NCBI GenBank assembly: GCA_030167865.1
Contig: JALAGF010004370.1
Location: 1 to 61,013, forward strand
DNA from: Craspedostauros australis
Taxonomy: Eukaryota
Reading direction: 5' to 3'
Length of the DNA stretch: 61,013 nt
The translations under genes were made by a program, and so were the position numbers. Shown here one piece after another: positions 11,345 through 22,800 of the stretch. Positions within the stretch are counted from its first letter, which is position 1. Each line of letters opens with the position of its first letter. Below the pieces are notes generated by a model. That model did not search any database. It saw nothing but the letters and a program-made list of their open reading frames with translations, and had not been told where the DNA came from.

Positions 11345-13048
11345 TCAGTCCCGCCCCATCTTGAGGATGAAGAGCAGTCGCAAGAATTCGCTGACGCTGA
11401 GGCGGTTGGGCGGGATGTATGCATCGTAGGAGGCCTGACGATCGTCGATGATGCGTCGGAAGGTGCTTTCTACAGCTTCGGGGGAGGGTGAAGTGGTCGG
11501 GTCTGCGTTTTCATAAAAGGCGTAGCTGATTGCACGCTGCGCATCATCCAACGACAGACTTCCCTTCTGGTCTTGATCGAATGCGTAGAAGAATCTCTTC
11601 GCAAAGTCTACCGTTTCGCCTGACAGCGATGTCAAGCCTGCCTGGCTTTGGATGTCTTGGATCTTCCTCTGCTCCGACTGCGGTATGGCGTGATGCCGGT
11701 GATCCTGCTCCAACGCCATCATCCTTTGCGTGTAGTCCATCTGATCGTTGATCGTCATCCACGCCTCGCAAAGGACGTGCATGTCATGCAGGATGTGCGC
11801 GACGATGCAGGCCATGATGTTGCCTCCCGAGAGATGGTAGAGCAGGCCGTACATCAGTCCATTCGCGAACTGCAAGCCCGCCATGGTTGCGTTTTCGTCC
11901 GCGTGCTTGGATGTCGGAGACACGTGCCCCAAGCCAAAGGCCAGTGCCTGTCCCACCACCGCAAACGGCAGTGATTGTGTGACCGCTTGCAATGCGGACA
12001 TCAGGTAGCCTCGCAAGACGATTTCTTCGGAAATGCCGGAGACTGTTGCGATGGACATGGACAACGCACCCATGGTGAGGGTGTCCGTTGTCTCCTCGTT
12101 GCTGTTGGTGCTGTCGTTGCTTCTATTGTTGCTGTTGTCGCCGGTGTATCCGTAGGATGGTGTATCGGATTGAGGTGAACGCCGACGTCCGAACATGTTG
12201 ATGACCGAATTCGTCGTGGAGAAGTCGAGGTGGGTGACACCTCGTGTGCCTAAGTTGGACGCAGCCTGTTCGAGGAAGATCATTGGGACGACGGCAATCG
12301 CACCTTGCACCAGTGACTGTCCCAGCGTCGACAGGAGACGGTCAACCGGGGATGGATCCACGAACGACGCTTCTCCCGGCCATGCGGTGCTCGCCTGGAA
12401 TGGGTCGAATGCAGCGCTGTGCCAGTGGGATCCAAAGACCATGTCGAGTGGGTTTTGGCCATGAGCGATGCTGCACAGCGCCGCCACTGCAGTGGAGAAC
12501 AGAAGTATCGCGCCCTGGTTGTTCCAAATGGTTTGGATCAGAGACATGTCGACGTCGCTCTTGATGGATGGAATTTCGTGGTTCTGCGCGTTGGCGTCGA
12601 GGTCATTTGTCCCTGCGGCATCGACCATGCCATGTGTATGAGAGGCAGGAGCCATGGCGACATCTTGACCAATGACCCATGCTTGAGCTTGCTGTGGTGA
12701 CGATGTTGACGCAAGCTGCTGCTGTTGCTGCTGCTGCTGTGCCGTGGCTGATGCTGATAGTCCTGAGGCCCGCAAGGAGGAGGAGGCATCATCGTCACGT
12801 GATGATGGGGTGGCATCGGTCTCGAGGGGGTTCCGGAAGAAGAGATACCGTCGAGATGTGGTTGATGACATGTGCCCGCAGTTCCCCGCTACTGACTGTT
12901 GCTTCTGGCACGTGTGGGCAACAGACGGGAAACCATGCACGTCGTTGGAATGGAGGAGGACGGCAGCAAAGACTGCGACGATGCTGAAGACCATCGAGGG
13001 TGGGTTGGATTTGGACATTGACGTTGACATGGATGTGCGCATGATCAT
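11345..13048 (-). CDS. CPBP/Abi (CAAX protease-like) intramembrane protease with C-terminal EF-hand-like motifs; probably plastid-targeted
   Basis: EEIVLRG, AFGLGH and AHILHD motifs in hydrophobic segments; EF-hand-like loop DQDQKGSLSLDD; signal peptide ending ...VHGF. The exact start Met is uncertain. Confidence 0.8.
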   Translation of the reverse strand: MIMRTSMSTSMSKSNPPSMVFSIVAVFAAVLLHSNDVHGFPSVAHTCQKQQSVAGNCGHMSSTTSRRYLFFRNPLETDATPSSRDDDASSSLRASGLSASATAQQQQQQQQLASTSSPQQAQAWVIGQDVAMAPASHTHGMVDAAGTNDLDANAQNHEIPSIKSDVDMSLIQTIWNNQGAILLFSTAVAALCSIAHGQNPLDMVFGSHWHSAAFDPFQASTAWPGEASFVDPSPVDRLLSTLGQSLVQGAIAVVPMIFLEQAASNLGTRGVTHLDFSTTNSVINMFGRRRSPQSDTPSYGYTGDNSNNRSNDSTNSNEETTDTLTMGALSMSIATVSGISEEIVLRGYLMSALQAVTQSLPFAVVGQALAFGLGHVSPTSKHADENATMAGLQFANGLMYGLLYHLSGGNIMACIVAHILHDMHVLCEAWMTINDQMDYTQRMMALEQDHRHHAIPQSEQRKIQDIQSQAGLTSLSGETVDFAKRFFYAFDQDQKGSLSLDDAQRAISYAFYENADPTTSPSPEAVESTFRRIIDDRQASYDAYIPPNRLSVSEFLRLLFILKMGRD

Positions 13049-15262
13049 GATGGTTGTTTGGGTTTGATGGCTGATGTGCTCCTGCTGATTTTATGCGCGC
13101 GACGATACTCAGGCTTGCAATCTGCAATCGAAGAAGAGATGCACTGAGACTGCCTCCTCTATCCGGAATGTGGTTGTTCTTGTTCTTGTTCTTGTTGTTC
13201 TTCTTCTTTCTCTTGTTCTTGTGCGATGGTTGTTGTGCGGTGACAGCACAAGAGATGGTGTGATTGCAATCAGAATAAATTGATCCGACAAGGGAGCAAT
13301 GACAGTAATGACAGCAATGGTGGAAGTCTGCAGAGCGAAATCGAAGTGGCAACTGTCTGGACTGTAGTCGTATGAGTGTGATGCGGTTGCGGTTTGTTTG
13401 ATGCCCGCCATGTCAGTCATGCTCGTGAAGCTCAGAAGGGCGCGCATCGAAGGCGCGCGTAGCATGGATCCGTCAAGTGGCGTCAATGACATCAAGGCAA
13501 TGACATGAGGGATTTGATGGAGAAGCGTCAGCATCACATCACGCGCAAAGAGAGGAGAAACTCTCGGGCGAAGAGCAAACATGCGATGGATCAGCGAGGC
13601 GCACTGGAGTGTACTGGCACGAGAAAGGCTGGATCCACATTGGTGACAGTTGGTGCGTCGTGCGTGGATTCCTTCTCCTCCTGGTTCGGGTTGGTTTGGG
13701 GAACAATCTGGTTTCCAGATGGTCAACAGACGGAGAAGCTGAAGAGCCTCGTGCCTTCGTGCATCGAAGAGGCACCAATCGTTGGGGGTCAGCCAGTTGA
13801 CTGTTTCGTTCCTTGTCTGCATGACGCACGAGTACGAGTACGAGTACGAGCACCAAGTACGTTGACCACAACACCACAGGCTCCGTTGGTGTGGTTGTTG
13901 ATGTCATCGTTGGTGGTGGTCGTGCTGCTTTCGTTTGATGGGTGTTTCGTTCTGGCGTCCACCCAACACAACGAACTGGAGCGGGAACGAAGGCGAATGA
14001 CACCATCGGTCGTCGGCAAACATGTGGTATGTTCCGAACATTCTGATTGGCTGAGCGGTGACAACAGCGAAGCACGTTGATTCGTGGGTTTGTCACAAAC
14101 CTCATTTGTTCTCTTCTTGTGGTTGTTTTGGTGTTTTGGTTGTCTCGCTGTTGGATTTTTTGCACGTAGTCCACTAAACCGGAGGAGACGGACCTCTTGG
14201 AGTCACTTTGTTCCTCTGATCTCTTTTCAGGAAAGCGATGTTGAATCTTTGCTCCTCCTTGTTTCCACCGTGCGAGTGCGGAAGCTCAAGTGCGATGTGA
14301 TACGACCGATTACATCATGGAAACCTGATGCCCATCCATGTTCTCTGTTTGTGTCTTCAGTGGAGCAAGGTTGCGCCATGTTCGAGCTTCGGAGGATGAG
14401 TCTGCAATCTGCGGTTTCTTGCGCGCCGGCAAATGAAGCGCCTGTGCCATACAAATATAATGTAATAGTGTGGTGTGGTGTGGTATGGAACCACAACAGC
14501 ACATGCCTCTTGTAACTCGAAGGAGACAGATAGACAGACAGAGAGAGGGAGGCATGCTCTCCCATCTGTTCTGTTCTCATACAGACCGTCAGTTTGGAGT
14601 AGAGTACCAACAAGTCCATCCGTCAGGATGTTATCATGCGCACGACGCAAGTTGAATGAGAATCCTCTCGCATCTCTCGCAACCCAGAACGACAAAAGAT
14701 CATGAAAAGTGACTAAAGATTCTTCACAAAATGACCACAGCGCAGATGGAATGAGCACGAACTCCGGAGAGGAGTGTGGCGCCATGATCTGAATTTCTCT
14801 GTCGCAAAGATTGTTGCCTGGTTGCTCCATCCAGAGGATTCGATTGTGCGCGACCGAGATGAATCACTGGGGGCACAAAATTCCCAACAAGATTCGAGAG
14901 GGTAGACCATGGCAAGCGCTCTTACTCGACGTGTACCTGGGCCTGGTGTGGAGACAGCATCGGGCCGGATTTGTCAGCGGAGGCAGGCGACGGCTAGAAG
15001 AGGCAAGGAGTGCTCATACGCATGCGGAAAGTAGTGGTGGTTTGCTTCAAATGACTGAATGACTATTTGTTATGAATGAGGCTCAGATTTGCGCCGTGCT
15101 CCGTCCATGGTCGACAGTCTGCATGAGAAGCCGAGGTTGCGGTTCTGTGTCACTCTCCGTTGGTTAGCAGCACCAAGGCCTTTGTACAAGGTTCTGCGCG
15201 ACGCAGAACAAAGGTTGCCTGCTGGCTGCTCGGCGAGCGTCATCACCATCGTCTAACAAGAT

Positions 15263-16008
15263 TTAGGCAGATGGGATGAGGGAGACTCCGAGCTGCTCGT
15301 GGACCATGAGGGCCTGTTGTAATTTGATATTGTTTGTTGTGGTGGTGTTGCGTTCGTGGTTGTTGCAAAGGGGTGAAGAAAGTTAAAAGTGTGTGAGTGT
15401 GATGATTCGTTTGAACTGTTGTGCGCTGCATGTTGCATGCGAATACGTTGATTGGAGCATGTACTTACGAGGATTCCCATCTGGGCGGCACGGCCCTGGT
15501 TGAGCTCGATGGCGCGCTTCTGGAGCTTGGTCTCCTCGTCGAAGGAGTCCCAGCCGAGGTCGAAGGCGTCGTTACGGAAGTCACCGACGAATTCTCCTCC
15601 GGTGATGTCCTTCATGACGGCGAGCTCGAGGAAGCCGATGAATGCGACGACCTGGGCGATTCCGGCACCCTGGATGGTGGTGAGGGCGGCGAAGCCGTTT
15701 GGCACATCAGCGAAGGCAAGGCCGGAGTAGTCGACATCTCCTGGGAGGCGGATTCCGGCCTCCTGGACGAGGTATCCAACGACGGCGAGCATACAGATGC
15801 GTCCGTGCTTGATCTCGACATAACGGAGACGGTCGAACTTCTCCTGGTCACCGTCGGCGACAAGGCCAAGTGGATCGAAGAATCCGAGTGGGGCCTGGGC
15901 GCCGAGCTCGTCCTCGAAGGAGTTGATGGCGGTGGTGCGTGCGGCCTGCTTGGCTGGAGCGAAAGCGGCGGCAGAGGCGATGAGGGAGGCGATGATGCAG
16001 GTCTTCAT
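15263..16008 (-). CDS. Lhcf: Fucoxanthin chlorophyll a/c-binding protein (Lhcf family); exons 16008-15469 and 15313-15263
   Basis: MKTCIIASLIASAAAFAP presequence; GFFDPLG, EIKHGRICMLA and ELNQGRAAQMG motifs. Phase-0 intron 15314-15468 restores the typical C-terminus ALMVHEQLGVSLIPSA*. Confidence 0.97.
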
Positions 16009-19000
16009 GGTGATTGTCGTTGTCTGGTTAGTGCTGACGATTCTTTGTTTTTGTGAGAACGATGAAACCATTTCGAAACCGGACATCCCTCCTCACCGAT
16101 TCCCTCCCTGTTGCTACCGCGGTGCACCTCGTTGTTCTGCCGGTATCTACACGTCTCGTCCTCACTCGTCTGCACCCATGTGTGGGTTGCTGCAGGTCAT
16201 CCATCGCTGCGTTTCCTTGCGTGTCCCTGGTAGCTACGTCGACAGTCAGAAGAAAATGACAGATTTCAACGTCGGCACCTTCAAGTTCAAGGATACCTCA
16301 ACACGAAACCTCAAGTGGCACGAGGTCCAGAAGGTATCTTTTCTTGGAGCTCGTTCGCGAATTCTGATGATATAGACACGACTAAAAAGAGAATTTGAAT
16401 TCTGGTACAATCGCCACGTACGATTGTACGGCCGCATTCTCGACTTAATCGAATGCAGCCTCCGGAACTCGGAATCAAATCCACGATTTTTCGCCTCTCC
16501 GCGACACCACGCGACGCGTCATTGGGTGGGTTTCTCGCGTGGCGACCATGACGGTGAGAGCATGCCGACCACGAGCCACCGCCGTCGTACATCCGCCGAC
16601 CCGTCTTGGTGCTCGGTGGCAGCCTCGGTAGGTCGGTCAGGAGGGAAATAGTTGAGTTGATGAATCTTTGAATTATTCAATCGTTGCGTTGGAGTACGTT
16701 GGAGTAGGTACGTTGCATTCCGTCGTGGTGCGTTGTGATGCGATGCGTTGGTGGAAAAAGATCTGCTGCAACAAGCAAAGGAATGGATTGACCATCCAGG
16801 TGCAGTCCGAGGACTCGGATGGAAGGTGGTGGACGATGGTTGCATGTCGCACACATGAGGACAACCCCAAACACTTGGGTGGGTGTGTCTCTTGACATGA
16901 ATGAACATGGATGAACAGGAATGGAGCAAGGCATGAGGAGATGAGATGCACGTGGAGTGCAAAAAGACGATGGTGACAGTGACGGTGACGGTGATGATTG
17001 GCTCTTGATCGATCCAACGTCCCCAGTTCCACCGTGATGAGTGAGCAACGCATTCCCGAATGCGTCATGAGGACATCGCTGCCTTCCTGGGATCCGATTC
17101 AATGGCAACTGCAATCGTTGTCAGCAAAGCCCGTTTTGGCATGCAGACCGTCATGGAAGTGTGCGGGATGCTCTCGCATGCGTACCGCCACCTACGTATT
17201 GGCACTTTACGTGCGGTCGACAATGATCATGCGGGACGGTGGTTGCCACACTGGCGCCGCTGACAACAGTGGTGGTTCATGAAAGAATGATGCGACTGAA
17301 TTGCAATGGCAAAAGCCGCAAGGATGACCATGGTGAGATGGATGGCGAGGTGTAGCACGCAGCAGCACCCAGTAGAGTAGAGCAGAGCAGAGGACTCGAC
17401 GATGCTCATCTCTTCGCAACGCCAAACACCAACGATGGTGCAACTCTCTGGTTGCATCGGCAGTAGCATCGGCCATAACATCAGCACCAGCAACAAGAGC
17501 GTCGTCAACCAGGCATGCTCCGTGGACGAGGAGGAGAAGAGGACATGTTCACTGAAACGAGAATGAGTTCAGCCCAGTCCAACCCAACTCAATTTGGTTC
17601 AGTTCGGTTCGGTTGGAAACCCTACCATCACATGAACGCAAGCGTTTGCCAACAAATGAAGCAAGCCACATTGTATCCATGTCGTATGGTTGAGAATTGA
17701 AGAATGCGCGTGTACGAATGGGCTCGGCGCAGAAGCATTCCAAGTGCTCACCCATAAACGGAGCCATCAGTCAGTTCGTGGAACAAAGGCAGATGCTGAC
17801 CTCATTGCGGCGAACAAAACGGCCGCCATCCTTGACTTGGGCGAGTGGGAGAAAGCTGACGGACCCAACCGATGGCAGTGGGCACGACCAAGCGACAAAG
17901 GAGGAACAAACCTTCTTTCCATCCTTCTTTTCGCCATCACCACCTTTCTCCGGAGGCAGAGGCACGGATGGAGCCGTGGATAGGAGGACATGGGGACTGA
18001 CTCACGCCATGGAACGTCGTTCGGTTGATGTCACATCACAAGAACATGGCACGTGACGTGGATGTGACAAATAAGCAAATCGAGAAGCCAAGATAAGGAT
18101 AATGACACCAAAATCGATCCATGTCATGCACTGTTCCTGGGATTTGCAATGCCTGTCTTGGATTGGCAGATGTTGGAACCACCTGGTCGAAAGGAGATTG
18201 CAAACAAATGCGATTCGGGCGGAATGAGAAGAGATTCGGTCCCGCACGCAAGATGGGGGAGACAAACGAAGATCCTGCTGTTGTGGCTGCTGCTGTTGGT
18301 TCCTGCTGCTATTTGAGTTTCTTTCGTTCTTCCTTTTCGCGCGCACACATCATCAGGGTGATGTGGCGACTCACAACGCACCACAAACCAACACCCAAAG
18401 GCAAACACGGGGAAAGTAAACGCGGAGTTTTGTGTGCCGATTGTGCGGTGGGACTGGTGGCGTCGGAGCAGGCCTCGTCACCAGGCGTTGTTGTACAATT
18501 CGAGTAGTCTGTCGAAGGAATTAGCTCACAAAGTGAAGTTGCGAGCAAAGGAACATATGCTTTGATATTTTCCACTTAAGGCGCCATCTGCGCAATTGCT
18601 GCCCAACTCAACAGATGGCAGCAACACGGGCACCAACCCCTCACAAATCGGGGTGATGCCGCAGATGGAAATCGGCCATCTGCTGTTGTGTCTTTCGGTT
18701 CTTGAATCGGGAAGCCATCAACACCAACCCGCGCGCAACTCCATCGACGCTCGCTGTACTTGCCTCTTGTTGTTCCTGCTGTTGTTGCTCCTGCTGTTGT
18801 TGCTGTTGGTGTGACTGCTGGCAGTGCTGTCGCCGAAACCTTCGGGGACGGCCATTGAAAAACACAAATATCGCTGTGACCCGCTCCCTTGGGCTTCCAC
18901 CCATCAACGAACAAAATTCATCAACCATCATCAACATCTGCTCAACAAGGGCACTCGTTGCACAAACCAACAGCTGGTGCTGTTGTTGTCCACGATACCC

Positions 19001-19872
19001 TCGGCTTCTTGTTTCCATTGCGATCGTTGCAGACATCGTCTCCGAAACGCAACGCCCAAACCCAACAAGAGAGCGCGGTGGTGTCTCCGGTTGTGCGATT
19101 GCATCACACACCTACATGACATCTGTCACAAGCGTTCCGAACATCGACATCGACATCATTTCACCCATCAAACCCGCAGTAACACGAACAGCAGCAACAC
19201 CGATTGAAACAGCGAGAGCAGCAGCACCAGACCGAACGACCACACGAGCACTCAACCATAAACAGACACAACATTGAAACGAAAGAACAAATACTCTCCT
19301 CAGCGACAGTACACTGCGCTACACTACACTACTATTCAGCATTGCGTTCCAAGACGCGACCTTACACTGCACCACACCAGCACACGCCATCGAAGAAAAT
19401 CCACGCACGCTCACCCCTTGCCACACTCTGCACACTGGCAATCGTCACGCATCGCATCAGAGTCCCACGCAAACACTGCGCTGCCACGAACGGTGAAAGT
19501 GCGCACTGACCCCGTCGCAGAGCATTCGTGGAAAGGACGAAAAGCAGATCAGACGACACCATCCGTTGTGCGGAGCTTGGGCCAGTCCATTGCGATTACA
19601 TCCCATTCTTTCATCTGTGCTCATACTTCCAGCCGCACTTGAATCAGTTCTGTTGGCTGTTGCATTGCTTGGTTGGCGGAGAGGAAGCGCAACGCAAAGA
19701 AGGACGACAAGCACAGTACCGCAGTACACAGCACTATTGCATCTTCGCTGAGTCTTCGAAGCACAAACGAAATCGCTGAGAAGTAAAGGAGCAGCTTTGA
19801 ACGGAGAGCAGAAGAGAGGAGAGACACCAGCTGCAGCTGCCAATTCACCTGAGTCTGCCGGTTCGTCTCCTT

Positions 19873-22800
19873 ATGCCACTGCTGCCGATCTCCATCGCAC
19901 CGCTCGATTTGAAACGGAACCGATCGTCAGAGCAGAACGAACCAGTCTTCGATTCTGCACCACCTGGCAGTAACGGGACGTTTTCATCTCCGAGTGGGGC
20001 AAAGGATTCTCGAGGTATCAGCCTTGGAGCACAGGGCCAGTCCTTGCCGACACCTGCGGCTATCCCTGCTTCTATTTCATCGTCGCGACAGAACAACCAC
20101 ATCTCGTTAGACAGATCGTCGCTCAGTTCTTGGGACAGGCAGGGATCAGCCCTTCCGCCTGCACAGTCGCAACGCCACAGCCACAGCCACAGCCACAACC
20201 ACAACGGCACGATGGAGTTCGGAGGCTGGGGGTCAGGGTCTGAGCTGGACACTGCGTTCTACGATACGTTCCACAGCAGCAACGACGGTGACGAAGATGA
20301 CAATGAAGCCAACCCGACTGGCATCTTGGCGGATCCGCACCGAAGGATCCACCACCCGAGCAGCAACACTGCCACCACCGCTGCCACCACCAATGCTCCA
20401 TCAGGACCAAGCAACGGCTTTGGAACGTCACGAAGTGCTTTGCATAGCCACACCCTCAACAATCCATCCTCTGCGTCGGCTGGCACAAGCGGAAACGCGG
20501 CAGACGAGGAAAATGACGGCGGTGATGAAAGGGAGCAAGGCGAAGACGAGGAAGACCCAACGAACGACGGAGACACCATCAAGTCACAATGCTCAGACGA
20601 TGATGGGGCTCGCCATCCGTCGTCGCAGAGATCGTCGCCGGGATATGGCGATCTCGGCATCAACGATTGGGATGATGACATTGGAGAGGCTCACAACATG
20701 CCCATGCGCGACGCATCCAGATCCCCGACAGGCCTGTCAGACAAGATGATTGGTGTCAGCACCGGTGCAGTCCAAGACCTGCAACAACCCATGCAGGGCA
20801 CAGGCTCGGCAATGCAGACCGCTGCCATCAACGATGACGAAGGAATCGCCGCTGGGCTTGACATCATGACCGGCTACATGGACGCGATGGACGCTGTGGC
20901 ACAATCAAGGGATGATTCTTCGAGAAATCCTCCGGTGCACCGGCGCCGGCAGCAGCGACGAGGCCAAACCAAGCCATCGAAACCATCGAAGTCTGCAACG
21001 CGAGACAGCCGACAGAACCGTCAACCCCAGCGCGTAGCCGGTGCATCAACTTCCGGCCACCCTGTATCACCGAACCCAAAGAGTCCATCAGCTCTGCACA
21101 CGGGCACCAGCGTGCAGCAACATCAGCAGCAACAACAGCAGCAGCTGCAGAGATGGCTGCCGACTAGTGCCCAGCCAGCAAACAGTCCAACAGTGCCAAG
21201 CCAAGCCAACCAGGCAAAAGGCAGCGTCCAGTTCCAATGGCAGCCGCAGTCGCAGCTGCAGCCTGCACAAGAACATGCGCGTCACCAGCAGGGTCACCAA
21301 CATCCCCAAGCACAGCCAAGATCACAGCCCGGAACAAATAGTCAATCCGGGAATGCCACCACCTCATCGCAGCAGACCACGACTTCACAAAGCCAAAACC
21401 ATGGAAGCACAGCCATCGACATGAACATCCCAATGATGGCGATGCAAGAGATGCTGTCCAACTACAATCTGGCAGCGAAGGCAAGTGGCAACGTCATCCT
21501 ACCTGCCACCACTGCTCCTGCTGCTGCTACCGCCGCGACTGCTGGTACAGCGAGCAGTCACCACGCACGGAACCCACAGCAACCAAAGACACAAGCGCAA
21601 GCTTCGTCACCAGTGCCCCCATCACAAGGTTGGCAACAAAAAGCGCATACGCAACAGCAACAGCAACAGCAACGCACATCAACCAATCCACCGCCAACTC
21701 TAATACCACCGACAAACCAGTTGACGCAAAGTCGGCGACCAGTTGAGCAGTTGATGATGAATCCTGCTGCTCCCAATGCACAAGCTCAGGCGCAGGTACA
21801 GGCGCAGCTGACCACTCCTGCAACGCCAAACACCCCGAACACGAACACCCCCGACTCTCTGGCTGCTAGATTGGCATCTCTGCAGCATCAGCTTGCGCTC
21901 GCAAAGCAGCATCAACAACAGCAGCAACAGTACGGAAATGCCAGTCCCCAGGCGACCGCTCAAGCACTTCAACAGCAAGCGGCGCTATCACAAGTTGCGC
22001 ATGCGACTGCAGCCGCGACTGTTGTTGCACATTCAGCGCGCACAATTGCGCAGATGTCCGCAATGCAAGGAAGGCAGTCTGCCCTGAACTTGGCGCACCA
22101 AGGGGTGCACACCGCCAGCCAGAATGTTTACTCCACCAACGCAACCAACGTGAGCATGGGAAGTGCTATGAGCAATCCTGCCGTGGCCGGTCAACGCGTG
22201 CACGGTGGCAACATCCCAAGCGCTCCGCCCTTCCATCAAGGACAGCAAGCACAGTTGCCCCAGTCACAGAGCCATCACTCTCCTGTTGCTCCGGCTGCTT
22301 CAGTTGTTAGTTCCACAGCCAGTGCACCAATCGCCCCCGCGAAGCAACCAGAAAGCGCAGCCACAGGCGCACCTCCATCAGGACAGAATCCTGCAACGGT
22401 GACTGGATCGCCCGTTGCTGCGACAATGCACACTAGTGCCACATCTGCTGCTACTACTGCTGCAAGCAATGCCAGAGTATCAGCCGCGCCAGTAGCACCA
22501 AACGGCAAGCTGCCGCCTTTCTATCTCTTCGACGCCCCCATCGAGCTTCGCGCGAATTTCCAGCAGAATCAGCGTCGCCTGGGGATACCAGTTCCTGAGG
22601 ATTGCAATTCCTTCCACTACGGACAGACTGTAAATGGATTCCATCCACAACAGCTCCTGTCATTCAATCCCGCTCTCGCAGCAGCTGCAGCAGCAGCCGC
22701 GGCGTCCGGCCGTGCAGGTGATGCGAATGCAGCAGGTCTTCCACCCACGCTAGTTGCATCCGTGGCGGCTGCTGCGGCGGCCAACCGAGCAGGCGGATCA

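Noticed and set aside
14357-14830. Minus-strand ORF with a faint PP2C-like look (EFVLIPSALW...HDNI)
   Set aside because: The catalytic DG motif is absent and no remainder of the domain is nearby, so it is probably chance.
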